Positions 45,637 through 60,541 of a stretch of DNA of 64,000 bases are shown piece after piece. The translations under genes were made by a program, and so were the position numbers. The stretch covers positions 1,178,001 to 1,242,000 of the forward strand of contig JABVCE010000009.1 of the NCBI GenBank assembly GCA_014905635.1, written 5' to 3'. The notes below the pieces were generated by a model that worked only from the letters and a program-made list of their open reading frames with translations, did not search any database and had not been told where the DNA came from. Origin of the DNA: Scenedesmus sp. PABB004 (taxonomy: Eukaryota). Positions within the stretch are counted from its first letter, which is position 1. Each line of letters opens with the position of its first letter.

Positions 45637-48600
45637 TCAGCCGGCCGGCGCGCCCGGCGCCGCCGCCGCCGCCGCCGTGGGCTGCGCGGCGCCCCCGCCG
45701 CCGGCGCCGAGCGTCGGCAGCACGAGCACGCCAGCCGCGGCGCCCGCGGCCGCGGCGGCGCGCCGGCGTGCGGCCTTGCGCTGCCGCGCGCCCTTGGCGT
45801 GGCCGGCGCCGCCGCCGGGCGCCGCGGCGCCCGCGCGGTGCGCGGCGATGGCCGCCGCCGCCGTCGTCGCGGCGCGCGCCTGCTGCGCCGCGAGCGCGGC
45901 GGCGGCCTCGCGCCGCGCGTCGTCGGCGGCCGCGACCGCCGCCGCGCGCTCGGCGCGCGCCTCCTCCACCTGCGCCGACAGCGCGTCGAGCAGGGGCGCC
46001 GGCACGGGCCGGCCCGCGCGGCGGAAGGCCTGCACGGCGTCGCGCGCGGGGCCGAGCGGCAGCGCCCAGCCCGCGCGCGCCGCGGCGGCCTCCCACGCGG
46101 CCCACTGCTCCTCGCTGGGCGCGTAGCCCACCGCCACCGCGCCCCACAGGCCCTCGCCCAGCGCCGCGCCGCCGAGGCCGCCCAGGCCCGCCCACAGGCG
46201 GTCCGCAAAGTCGGCCGCCCACTTGGCGCTCGGCAGCGCGGAGCGCTGGCTCAGCCGCGCCGCCGCCCAGAGCATCGCCGCCGCGGGCGCGCCGCCAAAC
46301 TCGGGCACGCGCGCGTGCGCGACCGCCAGCATCTGCACCAGCCACCAGCTCGCGGGCGCAAAGCGCGCCGCCGCGAGGCAGCGCAGCGCGCCGCCCAGCT
46401 GCTCCGCGGTCAGCGAGGTGGACACGAGCGACACGCACTGCGCGCGGCGGCGGCGCGCGCGACGCGGTCGGCGGGCACGCGCACAGCGCCGCGCGCGCCG
46501 CCGCCGCGCTTGCCGCCGCCGCCGCCGCCGCCGCCGCCGCTGCCGCCGCCGCCCCGCGCGCGGCCGCCCCCCGTGCGCGCACCTGGGCGTAGTTCTTCAC
46601 AAAGAGCGGCCCCGGCGTGTGCTGCGCTGCCGCGAGCACGTCCAGCAGCCCCGCCACGCCCGCGACGGGTGCGTGCTGCAGCCCGCCGGCGACAAGGCAC
46701 GACACCAGGTGGTCCACCGTCGCGGGCTCGGGCGACACGCGCGCGCCCTGGAAGGCGGTCAGCACTGCGAGGACCTGTTTGGGGTGCAGGGCCTTGCGGT
46801 CGAGCGCGCCGCAGAAGCGGGCCCACCACTTGAGCCAGAGTCGCTGCGCGCGGCTGCCCGGCGCCGGCGCGTAGCCCCAGCGCGCCAGCGCGCCGCCGAG
46901 GTGCACCGCGTCGCCCGCCTCCATCGCGCCCAGTTTGGGCAGCGTCGCGCCGAGCAGCTCCTCCACAAAGCCAGGCCCCGGCACGTGCCCGCACGACGCG
47001 AGGCCCCACGCCGCCGTCGCCGCGACGTGGACGTTGGCGCGCCACAGCGCGGGCGCGAGCGCCGCCGCGACCTGGCGGCGGGCCGGCGCGCGCGTCGGCC
47101 GCGCGCGCCGCCGCCGCCGCGCGGCGCGCGCCCGCGCGGCGCGGCCGCACCTTTTCGCACCACGCCGCCGGCGGCGCGTAGCCGAGCGCGGCGAGCGCGC
47201 CGAGCACGCTCGCGAGCGCGGGCGTGCCAAAGGTGGGCAGCTTCTCCGCGACCTCGCCCAGGAACTCGGCCAGGAAGTCGTCCCGCACGAGGCGCCGCAT
47301 CGAGCTGAACGCGCACAGCGCGGTCGCGAGGTCCTGCGCGGTCGCGGCGCGCGCACGGCGCACGCTCGCGGCAGGGCCCGGCACCGGCGGCGCGCGGTGG
47401 GCCAGGCACGCGCGCACGCCGCCCCCCCCCCCCCCCCTCTCTCTGTCGCGCGCCGCGCCTGGTCGTCGAAGAGGGGCAGCTTGGTGTAGACCTGGGCGTA
47501 GTACGCGCGCATCCAGGCCGCCTCGGGCTCGTAGCGCAGGGCGCTGAAGCTGCCCATGACCGACGCGAGCGCGATGCTGTCCAGCACGCTCAGCTTGGGC
47601 TGGGGGGGGGGGGGGGGGGGCGACGCGGCGGCGGCGCGGCGGGTCGCGTGGGCGCGCGCGCACGCGCGGGCGGCGGCGCAGGCGCGCGGCGGCGAAGGCG
47701 CGCGGCGCGCGGCGCACCTCGACCGCGGCGGCGAGGTCGTTGAGGAAGGGGCGGGGCGGCTTGTAGCCGAGCGCCGCGAGGCTGGCGGCGAGCTTGACCA
47801 GGTCAAAGCCGCTCGCGGCGGGCAGGCGCGGGCGCAGCGCGGCGACGTAGTTGTGCGCCCACGCGGGGAAGGCGATGCAGCTCTTGACCTCGCGCGGCGC
47901 GAGCTCGAGCCGGCACAGCGCGCGGCCGCACATCACGAGCTGCCCCGGCGTGAGCAGGGAGAGCTTGTGGCGGCTGACCGCGAGCCAGCGGTTGAGCCAG
48001 GCCTGGTCGGGCGCGGCGCGCAGCTTGGCGAGCGCGGCGATGATGTAGACGTACTCCGGCCCGCCCATGGCGCTCATCTTGTCCTCGCTGCAGATCAGCA
48101 GCTCGCGCAGCAGCGCCTGCGCGCCACGCGGCGGCCGCGACGGCGGCGGCGGCGTCAGGGCGTGCGCGCAGGCGTGCGCGCGCGCGGGCGGCGCGCCTGG
48201 CCCGCGCGGCCTGCCCGTGGCGCTCGCCGGCGGTGCGCGCTGTCCCCCCTCTCCCCGCGCGCCTTTGCGTTGTTCCAGCCCTTGGCGCTCATGCTGCGCG
48301 GCTCGCACACCGCAGCGAGGCGGTTGAACAGCACCGTGAGCTCCGCTGGGCCCGCGGCGCCGCGGCAGCGCAGCCACACCGCGGCGAGGCCGTCCACGCT
48401 GTCCGCGCCGCGCACGAGCGACGCGAGGTGCGCGCGGCGCTCCGCCATGCCCCACGTCGCGCTGACCAGGGACGCGGGGTGCGGGTGCACCGGGCCGCGC
48501 CGCGCGTACGCGCGCTCCTGCTGCTGCTGCTGCTGCGCGCGCTGCTGGTGGTGGTGCTGCTGCTCCTCCCGCTGCTGCTCCTCCCGGCTGTGCTCCTGCT

Positions 48601-48958
48601 CCTGCTGCTGGTGGTGCTCCTGCTGCTGCTGGTAGCGCTCGTGGTGCCGCTGCTGGTGCTGCAGGCGCTCGTGCTCGCGCGACTGCTGCTGGAGGTGCTC
48701 TTGCTGCGACGGCTGCGCGCGGTCGCGCTGCGGCAGCTGCTGCTGCTGCTGCTGCTGCTGCTGCCCCTCGTGCTGCTGCGTCGGCGGAGCCTGCAGCAGC
48801 GCCTCGTCCGCCTGCTGGTCGTAGGCGGCCGGGCCGCGCGCCGCCGCGGGCCGCCGGCGGAGCCGCGGCGCCGCCGCTGCCGCCGCCGCCGGGCGCGCGC
48901 CGCGGGCCATGGGCCGCACGGCGCCGGCGCCCCGCGTCGCTGGCATCCGGGCCTGCAT
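45637..48958 (-). CDS. Organelle-targeted helical-repeat protein (OPR/TBC2-like) with Q/H-rich N-terminal region
   Basis: Repeated helical units (GFDLVKLAASLAALGYKPP, ALASVMGSFSALRYEPEAAW, ALASVLGALAALGYAPPAAW); start codon uncertain. Confidence 0.7.
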
Positions 48959-50010
48959 CCCCAGAGGGCGCTCCGCGCCTGCAGCGACCGGGGCGGCCCT
49001 CGACTCGCGCGCGTGCTGCTCCGGCTCAGGCGCGCCCCATTCGCTCGCGGCTGGCCCGCGTTGGCCCCGCTGTCGTTCGGCGGCGCCGGAGCGCCCCGCG
49101 CGGGCGTGCGGCGCGAGCGCGACGGCGAGCGGGAGATCGGGGCCGGCGTGCGCGCGCTGCGAGGGCGTGCGGCGCGTCGACGAGCTCACGAGGCGGGCGC
49201 GCAATTGGGGCGCGCGGCGGCGGGCGCGGCGGCGAGGGCGGCGCGGGGCGCAGCGGTGCCGCCGTTGCAAAGCCCCGCCCCACGCTGGATTGAGGTTCGT
49301 CGCGCCCGAGAAGCCCCGCCCACTTCTTCACACACACTCACTCACACCACACAGCTGTGCAGCAGCAGAAGCGCGCGCGGGCGCCGAGGTGCGGCGGCGC
49401 GTGCGAGTGCCGAGGCCCCCCCGATGTGCTGTGCTGTCGCAAGAGGGCCCCCGCACTGTCGTCGTCAGTACGCAATGCTGTGCCGAGGCAGAGGGCCGCC
49501 GCGGCTCTGCGCGCGCGGGGTCCGGTCGTCGTCGCGCCACCGGCGCGGTGGCGTCGTGGCGGCAATCGCGCGCACACACAAGACGCGCGCGGCCGTCGCG
49601 CCGCGCGGTCGGTCGCACGGAGTGGTCGAATACAGACACACAACAGGGGCGGCGGGGGTCGCACGCACGCCGCTGCACAGGCAGGCGCGCGGCACACTCA
49701 CAGCGCTGGCGGCCGGGAAAGGCCCAGGGCAACAGCAACGCAGGGCCGGCGCCCTGCGCTTGCACACGGGTGCGGCGGCGAGCCCCTCGCCGCGCGCCCC
49801 CAAAGCGTCACAGCCCGCGGGGGCCGTCCGGCCGGCCCCGAAAAGGGCGCGGGCGCCTCGCCGCGCGCAAGAGAGAGAGCCAGCCAGCGCGCGCGCGCGC
49901 ACGCAAGAAGGAAAGACAGAGCGGGAGCCGGTTGTGGTTGTGTTCTGGTGCACGACGTCGCCCGCGCCCCGCGCGCCCGCGCCCCGCCGGCCGCGCCGCC
50001 TCACGCCGCC

Positions 50011-51868
50011 TCACGCCGCCGTGAGCGGGGAGGGGCTGCGCGTGAAGCGCGTGCCCGCGCTGCCCGCGCTCGCGTCGCTGAGGTCGCTGCCCGTGGAGCG
50101 GCTGGTCGAGCGCACGACCAGCATGCGCACCGCCGCCGCGACGGCCGCGTCCTCGGCCTCGCAGCGCGCGCGGTAGCTGGGCAGCTCGAACAGCGGCCCC
50201 GGCGCGGCGCCGCCCATGCACGGCTCGACGGTCGCCGGGTCAAAGCGCGCCGCCATCTCGGCCGCCTGGCTCGCCGGCCGGGGGCGGGGAGTCGGGGGGC
50301 GCGGGGCGGGGTGTCAGGGGGCGCGCGGCGGCGGCAGGGGGCGCGGGGCGCGTGGCGTGGCCGCGCTGCGGCGGCGCTGCTGCTGGTCACCTCTGTGGGC
50401 CCCTTCTCAACGAACGTGATCTTGCGCTTGGTCACGGGGTCGATGAAGGGGCACACCGCCTGTCGCACACCACCACAGCGGCGCGCGCGCGCGTGCGTGT
50501 GGGGGGGGGGGGGCGTTCGGTGCGCAGCGCGCAGCCGCTGCTGCGCGAGCTGCTGCTCTGCGGGCCCCGCCGCTGCCGCTGCTGCCGCTGCTCCCCCGGA
50601 CCTTCCAGGTCATCGAGAAGAGCGTGGGCGCGTGGTAGCACACCGCGCCGCCGAGGCGCTCCGGGTAGTGGTTTTGCAGCGTGTGCAGCACCGACAGGCT
50701 CGTGCGCACGGCGGGCGCGTTGCGCAGGCTGTAGCCCTCAAAGTCGAGCAGCCACGTCATCTTGCCCACGCCTGACCGCGACGCGGGGCCGCGCGCGGGG
50801 CGGGGCGGGGTCGGTGCGGCGCGGCCGGGCGCGGTCCGGCGGCGCGGCGCGGCGCGGGGGCGGCGGGGCTCACGCTGCTCGTCTGCGGCGCGTGACGCAT
50901 GCTCGAGGCAGTAGATGAGGAACTGCACCTGGCCCTCCTCGTTGCGCGTGTTCTGGTTGCTGCGCGGCAGCGGCGGCGGTCGCGGCGGCAGCGGCGGCAG
51001 CGGCGCGCGGGACGGCCGTCACGCGGCGGGCGCGGCGGGCGCGGCGGGCGCGGCGGGCGCGCGCCAGCGCCGCTGCCGCAGCGCGCTGCGCCGCGCGCTG
51101 CGCCGCGCCGCGCGCACCGCGGGCGCATGACCACGACGGGGCGGCCCTCGGTGTCGTGGTGGGGGCTGACAAACGTCTTGCCCGTCTCCGCCTCCTTCTC
51201 GACCGCGGCCCACAGGATCTCCTGCGGCTTGGTCGCGAGGCGCCACTGCAGCGTGCCCATCAGCATCTTCTGCGCCTTGGCCAGATCCCAGCCCCTGCGC
51301 CGACGCGGCGGCGGCCGCGGCGGCGCCGTCGGCGCGGGCGCGCGGCGGGGGCAGCGCGGCTGCAGCAGTTGCCCCCGCCGCGGGCGCCGCGCGCGACGGC
51401 CGCTCGCCGCCGCGCACCTGGCGCGCAGGTAGCGCACATAGGTCCAGTCGTTGAGGAAGAGCTGCAGCTCCGGGTGCTTCTGCGCGGCGGCGCGCGCGCA
51501 GCAGCGCCGCGCGCGTCGGCCGCCGCCGCCGCGTCCCGCGACGCGCCCGGCGGCGGCGCGCCTCGCCCCCGCCCTCCGCCCTCGCCGCTGCGGCGCTGAC
51601 CGGCGCCGCGGGGCCCCGCCGGCGCCCGGGGCGGAACCCACGCACGCGACCGGGGCATGCCGGCGGCACCGCAGCCGCTGCGGCACGCCGTCGTCGCCGC
51701 GCCCGCGCGGTCTGGCCGGACCGAGGCGCCGGGCGGCCCCTGGGGGCCCGCCGGGCGCGTTCCAGGCGGCGCGCGCCGCACCTCGGGCAGCCCGCTGCGC
51801 GCCACGAGCTCGCGCAGCTGCAGCGCGAGATTCAGCTGCTCCTCGCTCAGCGGCTCGAAGACGTCCAT
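50011..51868 (-). CDS. SEC14/CRAL-TRIO lipid-transfer protein
   Basis: YVRYLRAR|GWDLAKAQKML...WR, DTEGRPVVVMRP, WLLDFEGYS, LQNHYPERLG, PFIDPVTKRKITFV. Confidence 0.92.
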
Positions 51869-52482
51869 GGAGATTCGACCGGGGGGCGCGCGGGGGGCTG
51901 CTGCTGCGGCCGGGCTCGCCGGGCGCGCAGCGGCCGGGCGGCGAACAGGGGACGCGCGGGGAGGCGGGACCGGGGGTGGGAGGTGGCGCGCTATGGGCGG
52001 CAGCCGGCGGGGAGGCCCGCAGCGGCGCTCGTCAGCGCGCGGGGCTTTGCTGCGCGCCGCCGCCGCGCGCCGCCGCCGGCCCTCCCCCGGCCCGCCCGCC
52101 CTCCGCCAGTCCGCCGCCGCCACCGCCGCCGAGGCCGCACGCGCCGCCGCCGCACGCGTCGCAGCTGCGCGCTCGCCCGCCCTCGGCCCTCGGCAGCTCG
52201 CCGCGAGGTGTGCCGCGCCGCCGCGCGACCAGGTCTCCGCAGGTGGGCGCGCCTGTGTGCGCGCCCACGGCCCGCACGGCGCAGCGCGCCGGCCGCGCGC
52301 GGGTCTGGACGGCGCACGAGCGGCAGCTGCGAGCGCACTCGCGCGGGGCCTGGCAGGCCGCCCCGTGCGCGCGGCGCGGCCGGGGCGCGCTGCTGTGCCG
52401 GCCCGTGCGCTGGCGCTGGCAGTCGCCCGAGTCGCCCGCCGTCGCCCGGCCTGCAGCTGCCCGCAGGCAGGCCGCCGGCAGC

Positions 52483-52964
52483 ATGGCGCTCACGTGCGGC
52501 GACGTGCTCAAGTTTATCGCCGCCTTCTTCCTGCCGCCGCTGGGAGTCTTCATGGAAAAGGAGGCGCGCGCGGCCGGCTGCGCGCGTGCCCGGCCGTCAG
52601 CCTGCTGCACAGGAGCAGGGCAGCCATCGCTGGCCAGCCTGCAGGGCAGCCATGGCTGGCCAGCTGGCGGCGAGCTGTGCAGCTGCAGCTGGCGGCCGGC
52701 GGCAGCGGCCCGCGGGCTGCGGCCCCGTCCGGTCGCGCGCACGTGTCGTCACGCGCCCCGCGCCCCGCGCCCCGCGCCCCGCGCAGGCGTGCGACAAGGA
52801 CGTGCTGATCAACATCCTGCTCACCCTGCTCGGCTGGATCCCGGGTGCGCCCGCGCCGCGGCGGCCCGCGCGCGCCGCCTCGGCGCTGCGCGCACCCGCT
52901 GACCACGGCCAGCCGCCGGCGCGCAGGCATCATCCACGCTTGCTTCATCATCCTCAAAGACTGA
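52483..52964 (+). CDS. PMP3: PMP3/RCI2/LTI6 plasma-membrane proteolipid (3 exons)
   Basis: MALTCGDVLKFIAAFFLPPLGVFMEKE|ACDKDVLINILLTLLGWIP|GIIHACFIILKD*. Confidence 0.93.
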
Positions 52965-53138
52965 CGTCAGCGCTGCGGGCGCGCCCAGCATCACACAGCG
53001 GCGCCGCGGCTGACCGGCTGCAGCCGAGGCCGGCGCGCGCGCCGGCCCCGCGCCGCGGTGGCCTGCAGCTGCGCCGCGCGCGCGAGTTGAGTTGAGCGGC
53101 GGCAGCGGCGGAGAGCATCGGCGGCGGAGGCCGCTGTG

Positions 53139-53143
53139 TGTAA
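53139..53143 (+). terminator. TGTAA polyadenylation signal (PMP3); other examples at 60696-60700 (+), 53214-53218 (-), 30794-30798 (-), 63383-63387 (-), 25377-25381 (-)
   Basis: Chlorophyte UGUAA signal found ~120-360 nt after the stop codons of the corresponding genes. Confidence 0.6.
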
Positions 53144-53465
53144 CAACTGCTCGAGGCAGCGCGAGGCGGCGGCGCGCAGCCGACGCGGCAGCACTGGCTG
53201 CAGACGAGAACGTTTACACCGGCCGGGGTGGCCTGGCGGCCGCGCAAGACCCGGCGACGCGCGTCAGCACTAGTAGCGAGCTCTGCACAAGGCCTCCCCC
53301 CAAACTGCACGATTAAACGCCCCCCGCGCCGCCGCGAGAGCGCAGCGGCGCGCAGCAGCGTGCCCGCGCCCGCGCGCGCGCGCGGCGCCCGCGCGCGCAG
53401 GTGGCGCAGCCTGTTGCAGCTGCGCCGAAAACCGCGCCGCGCCGCGCCGGCGTGCCGGGCGGCGC

Positions 53466-54365
53466 TCACTCGGCCCACGGCCGGGGCGCGCCCGCGCAGG
53501 CGGGGAAGTTCTCGCACGACTTGTAGTCGGGGTTGGGCCCGCCGCAGGGCACAAACTTGCCGTTGTTCCACGCGTACCACTGGTCCGACCCGCCCCACCA
53601 GCGGCTGCCCGCGGCGCGGTAGCACTTCTTCACCGGCTCCGACGTCGGCGTCGCGCGGATGCGCTCGCACCTGAGAGACAGAGAGAGAGAGAGAGAGAGA
53701 GCGACGCGGCGGCGGCGGCGGCGGCAGCGGTCAGGGCCGTGCGCGGCAGGGGCGGCGCGGGCGGCGCGGGCGGCGCGGGCGGCGCGCGCGCGTGGCCGCG
53801 CGTGGCCGCGCGTGGCCGCCCGGTGGCGGCGCGGCGCGGCTGACCTGTAGACGCCGTTGTTGGCCTTCTCGTCCCAGTTGCACGACGTGAGCGGCCACTC
53901 GCAGGTCTTGCCGAAGAGCACGGGGTTGACGCCCTCGGGCTTCCACTTCTTGTTGCCGTTGGAGAAGTCGAGGCAGACCTCGCCCTCGGCCAGGAAGGTC
54001 TTGCCCTTGGCCGCGTCGGCGGGCACGATGCACTTGGCCACCCCGGGCTTGAACTCGAAGCAGCGCTGCGCGTCCTTGCAGGCGTTGCAGTAGGGCCAGG
54101 AGGCCTGCAGCGTGAACGTGGTCGCCGGCGCGGTGACGGTGGCGGACGTGCCGGGCAGGAGGCCGCGCGCCTTGGCAAAGTTGCGGATGCCGTTGAAGCC
54201 CTGGGGGCAGTCGCCGACCCAGAGCTTCTCCCAGTTGGGCGTGCCGTCGTCGGCGCAGATCTGGCCGGGGAAGAGCTCGGCCCGGGTGTAGTTGCGGATC
54301 GTCTGGCCCTGCGCCAGGGCGGCCAGGGCCGCCAGCAGCAGCAGCGTGATGCCACCGCGCGCCAT
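53466..54365 (-). CDS. Secreted Cys/Trp-rich protein of unknown function (one in-frame intron containing a (CT)n tract)
   Basis: Signal peptide MARGGITLLLLAALAALAQG, many spaced Cys, strong coding codon bias; 3' end uncertain. Confidence 0.72.
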   Translation of the reverse strand: MARGGITLLLLAALAALAQGQTIRNYTRAELFPGQICADDGTPNWEKLWVGDCPQGFNGIRNFAKARGLLPGTSATVTAPATTFTLQASWPYCNACKDAQRCFEFKPGVAKCIVPADAAKGKTFLAEGEVCLDFSNGNKKWKPEGVNPVLFGKTCEWPLTSCNWDEKANNGVYRSAAPRRHRAATRGHARPRARAARAARAARAAPAAHGPDRCRRRRRRVALSLSLSLSLRCERIRATPTSEPVKKCYRAAGSRWWGGSDQWYAWNNGKFVPCGGPNPDYKSCENFPACAGAPRPWAE

Positions 54366-54897
54366 GCCGCCTCCGCGCGACGCTAGCGACCGTGAGCCGC
54401 CGCGACGGGCGGTGTGGAGGCCTGATGCGCCGCCGGAGCGGGCGTGCGGGGAGCGGGGGCGGCGGGGCGGGCCAGCCGGGCCAGCTGCCGGTGGTTGCTC
54501 GTGCTCGTGCGAGCAGCGGGCGGCGCGGGCAGGAGGGCCGGCGCGGGCAGGAGTGGGCGGCGTGCGGGGCCGCGGCGGGGCGAAGGCCGGGCGGCGATCG
54601 GGGAGCGGGGGCGGCGGGCGCGCGCGCCAAAGCCCGCGCAACTGTCCTCGCACCGCGGGCATCGCGGGCCCCGAGCGCGCGTCAGGACGCGTAGAAAATA
54701 AACATTGACCGCGGGGCCGCGCGGCTGGCGACTGGCTCGCGCCGCGCCGGCAGCAGCGGCGTCACCGCGCCGCCCGCCGCCCGCATGCCAGCAGTCGGCC
54801 TCCGCGCGCCGTGCCAGCTGCCAGACCCTGCTCACCCGTCCTGCAGGGGGTCACCACCAGCGGCGCCGCGACGCCGCCGCCGGCGTCACCGCCGTCG

Positions 54898-56082
54898 CTA
54901 CTGCGCCGCCGCCGCCGCGGCGAGGGCCTGGTCCTTGAAGCTCGCCAGCAGCTGGCTGCCGCCCGCCGTCGCGTGCCTGAGCAGCTCCCGCGCGGGCGGG
55001 CGCCCCGGCTGCGCCTCCGCGAGGCCGGCGAGGCTGCCGGCGAGCGCGCCGGGCTCCAGCAGCCAGGGCGCCGCCTCCAGCAGGCGCACGACCTCGCCGC
55101 CGCTGAGCTCGCCGCCCAGCAGGCGCCGCGCCTCGGCGGCCGCGGCCGCCAGCTGCGCCGGCGCCTGCCGCGCGAGCGCGGGGTGCCGGACGACCAGCAG
55201 CGACGCGCTCGCCTCGGGCAGCGCCGACTTGAGCGCGATGAGCCGCTCCGGCAGGCCCGCCTGCGTCGCGGCCAGGGCCACCTGCTGCCGCATCAGCCCG
55301 TCCGTGCGCGCCGTCGCCGCCGCGGCGCAGCGGTCGAGCTGCGCCTGCAGCGCGCAGCGCTCGCGCGCCGCGTCGGGGTCGCCGCGCCGGCGCGCGCCAA
55401 ACCAGGACGACAGGCCGAGCATGAGGCGCGAGTGCTGCGCCGCCTCGGCCGCGTCGCGCTCGCTCGACACCGCCTGCTGCACCAGCGCCATGACCGCCGC
55501 CTGCTGCGCCTCCAGGTCAGCGCCGGCCGCCTGCAGAGCGTCGGCCACGGCGCCCCACGGCGCGGCGGCGCCGCGCAGCCCGGCCAGCACAGCGTCGAGG
55601 TCTGGCAGAAGCAGGCGCAGCTGCGCCGTCGCACGCGCGACGTCGGCGGCCGGCAGGCCCAGCTCGCGCGACACCGCCTCGACCGCTGCACGCCACGCCG
55701 CCTCCAGCTCCGCGTCCGCGCCGCCGTCCACAACGGCAACCGGCAACGGCGGCGGCCCCACCGGCGTGGTCTGCGCCGCGCTGCGCGCGGGACTGCTGCC
55801 ACCGGCCACGGCGGCGCCGGGCGCAGCGCCCGCGGCGGCCCCTGCCCCCGGCGCCGCCGCCAGCTCCGCCAGCTCCGCAGCAGCAGCCGCCTCGGCCGCG
55901 GCTGCGATCGCTTCTGCCGCCGCCAGCGCCGCAGCGCTGGGCTGCTGAGGCTGTGGTGACTGTGGCGCGCCCCCGGCCGCCCGGCACGCGCGCGGCTGCC
56001 GGCGCGGCGGCACTGGCGGCGGGCGCCTGCACGCGGTGGCGGCTCCGGGCGCAGCCCTCGGCGCCGGCCGCAGCCGCGCCAT
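54898..56082 (-). CDS. Hypothetical plastid-targeted helical protein (weakly mTERF-like C-terminus)
   Basis: Intronless ORF, Arg/Ala-rich transit-like start, LKSALPEASASLLVVRHPAL / RLLEAAPWLL. Confidence 0.5.
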   Translation of the reverse strand: MARLRPAPRAAPGAATACRRPPPVPPRRQPRACRAAGGAPQSPQPQQPSAAALAAAEAIAAAAEAAAAAELAELAAAPGAGAAAGAAPGAAVAGGSSPARSAAQTTPVGPPPLPVAVVDGGADAELEAAWRAAVEAVSRELGLPAADVARATAQLRLLLPDLDAVLAGLRGAAAPWGAVADALQAAGADLEAQQAAVMALVQQAVSSERDAAEAAQHSRLMLGLSSWFGARRRGDPDAARERCALQAQLDRCAAAATARTDGLMRQQVALAATQAGLPERLIALKSALPEASASLLVVRHPALARQAPAQLAAAAAEARRLLGGELSGGEVVRLLEAAPWLLEPGALAGSLAGLAEAQPGRPPARELLRHATAGGSQLLASFKDQALAAAAAAQ

Positions 56083-56572
56083 CGTGCGGCCGCGAGCAGC
56101 GCGCAGGCGTCGGCGGCGCGTGCACGCGCGTGATCGCCGGTGCGCTGTGCTGGAGTGGGTGAGGTCTCTTTGTGGGCGTGCGAATTGTGGACATGAGCAA
56201 TGCGGCATGCGCGCATGGCGCCGCGGACGTCGCAGAGCGGCGATGCACGAGCGGCGGCGCAGGGCTTGGCGCGCGGCCGCCACGCGCGGCGCGCCGCCGC
56301 CCCGCAGGCGCACCCGCCCCGGCACACCGCCAGTTCCGCGCTCCGCTCCCAGGCTCCACACGCGCTCGCCCACCGGCGCCCGCCGGCTGGCCGCTGCGCC
56401 GCCTGCTGCTCCTCCGCCCCTGCTCGCCGCGGCCCGACCCCGCGCGGCCGCCCCGGGCCCGCCTTATCGCCGAGCAGCCGCGCGAGCGCGCGCCGGGGCT
56501 TGCGCGCGCCGCGCCGCCCCCGCCGCCCGGCGGCCGCCGCGCCGCCCGCGCCGTCCGCCGGCAGCCGCAGCC

Positions 56573-57537
56573 ATGAGGTGCGCGGCGCGCCGGCGCGCGG
56601 TCGGCTGAGGCAGCCGGGGAGGCTTCAGGCGGGCAGCCGCGCAGGCGCAGGCGCGCCGGCCGCCGGCCGCCGACGGCCGCCGCTGCTCGCCGCGACCCTG
56701 CCACCGCAGGCAGCTCAAGCACCACGAGCAGAAGCTGCTCAAGAAGGTCAACTTCCTGCGCTGGAAGAATGAGCACAACCTGCGCGAGCTGCAGGCGCGC
56801 CGCCGCGCGGCGCCGCGCGCCGCACGCTGCGCGCCGCATGCCGCCCGTCGGCGCCCCGCCCACGCCATCGCGCCCCTGCCGCGTGCGTGCGTGTGCGCCG
56901 CCGCCGCGCAGGTGATGCGGCGATATCACATCCAGGACCGCGACGACTACCGGAAGTACAACAAGCTCGTGGGCCAGGTGACCGCGCTGACGGCGCTGCT
57001 GAAGCAGCTCGACCCCGCCGACCCCACGCGCATCGAGCTCACCGACCGCCTGCTCACAAAGTGCGGCGCCGCCGGCGGCGCGGCGCGGCGTGCGGCGTGC
57101 GGCGCGGCGTGCGGCGCGGCGTGCGGGCCGGGCCAGCGCGCGCCCGCGCGCCCGCCCCCGCGCTCCGCGCTCCGACGCCCGCCCGCGCCGCGCGCCGCGC
57201 GCCGCGCTCCACGCCCCGCGCCAGGCTGTACGACATGGGCGTGCTGCCGACCAAGAAGAGCCTGGCGCAGACGGAGGGCCTCGCGACCGCGTCGTTCTGC
57301 CGGCGCCGCCTCGCGGTCGTGATGGTGCGGCTGAAGATGGCCGAGACGGTGCGCGAGGCGGCCGCGTTTGTGGAGCAGGGCCACGTGCGCGTGGGGCCGT
57401 CCACGGTCACCGACCCCGCGCACCACGTGACCCGGGGGCTCGAGGACTTTGTGACGTGGGTCGACACGAGCCGCATCAAGCGCAAGGTCGCCGCGTACAA
57501 CGACGCCCTCGACGACTACGACCTGCTCAACGCCTGA
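56573..57537 (+). CDS. IMP3: U3 snoRNP protein IMP3 (S4 domain); first coding exon only 5 nt
   Basis: [21 protein letters not shown]...|[17 protein letters not shown]...[10 protein letters not shown]...EQGHVRVGP...EDFVTWVD. Confidence 0.96.
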
Positions 57538-58031
57538 GGCGGCGGTGCTGCTGCTGAGGCTGTTGACCGTGTGTGCGCGCGCGCGCCACACTCGCCGCGG
57601 GGAAGCGGGGGGGGGGGGGGGGCGGGGCGCGAAAGAGCGGCGGCACGCGGGCGGGCGCTGCGACACGCGCCCACGCCGCGGGCTGCGACGTGCAACCCAA
57701 CGAGCGTGCGAGCTCGGTGGCCGTGAGAGCGCAGAGAGCCGACCACAGCCGAGCGGCGCACAGGGGCCGCCGCGCGCGTCGGCGGCGCCCGGGCTGAAGC
57801 GCGGCCGTGGCGGCGCCGCGCGGCGCATCGCGCCGCTCTTGCGCGGGCGCTCCCGTTCGCCGCGCACTCTCTCGGCACCCGTCGCCGTCGCCCCAGCCCG
57901 CCGCGCGCGCGAGGAGGCCGCAGGAAGCAGCAGCCCGCGCTGCACGCGCCGCCCGCGCCAGGGGCCGCCGCCGCGCGTCAGCCGCTTGTGGGGAGCGCGC
58001 TCGACCCGGGCGTGCCCGCGGAGAGGCCGCC

Positions 58032-60541
<2,510 letters not shown>

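Noticed and set aside
44346..47620. Long G/C homopolymers in introns as G-quadruplex regulators
   Set aside because: Common low-complexity features here, prone to length error, with no specific evidence
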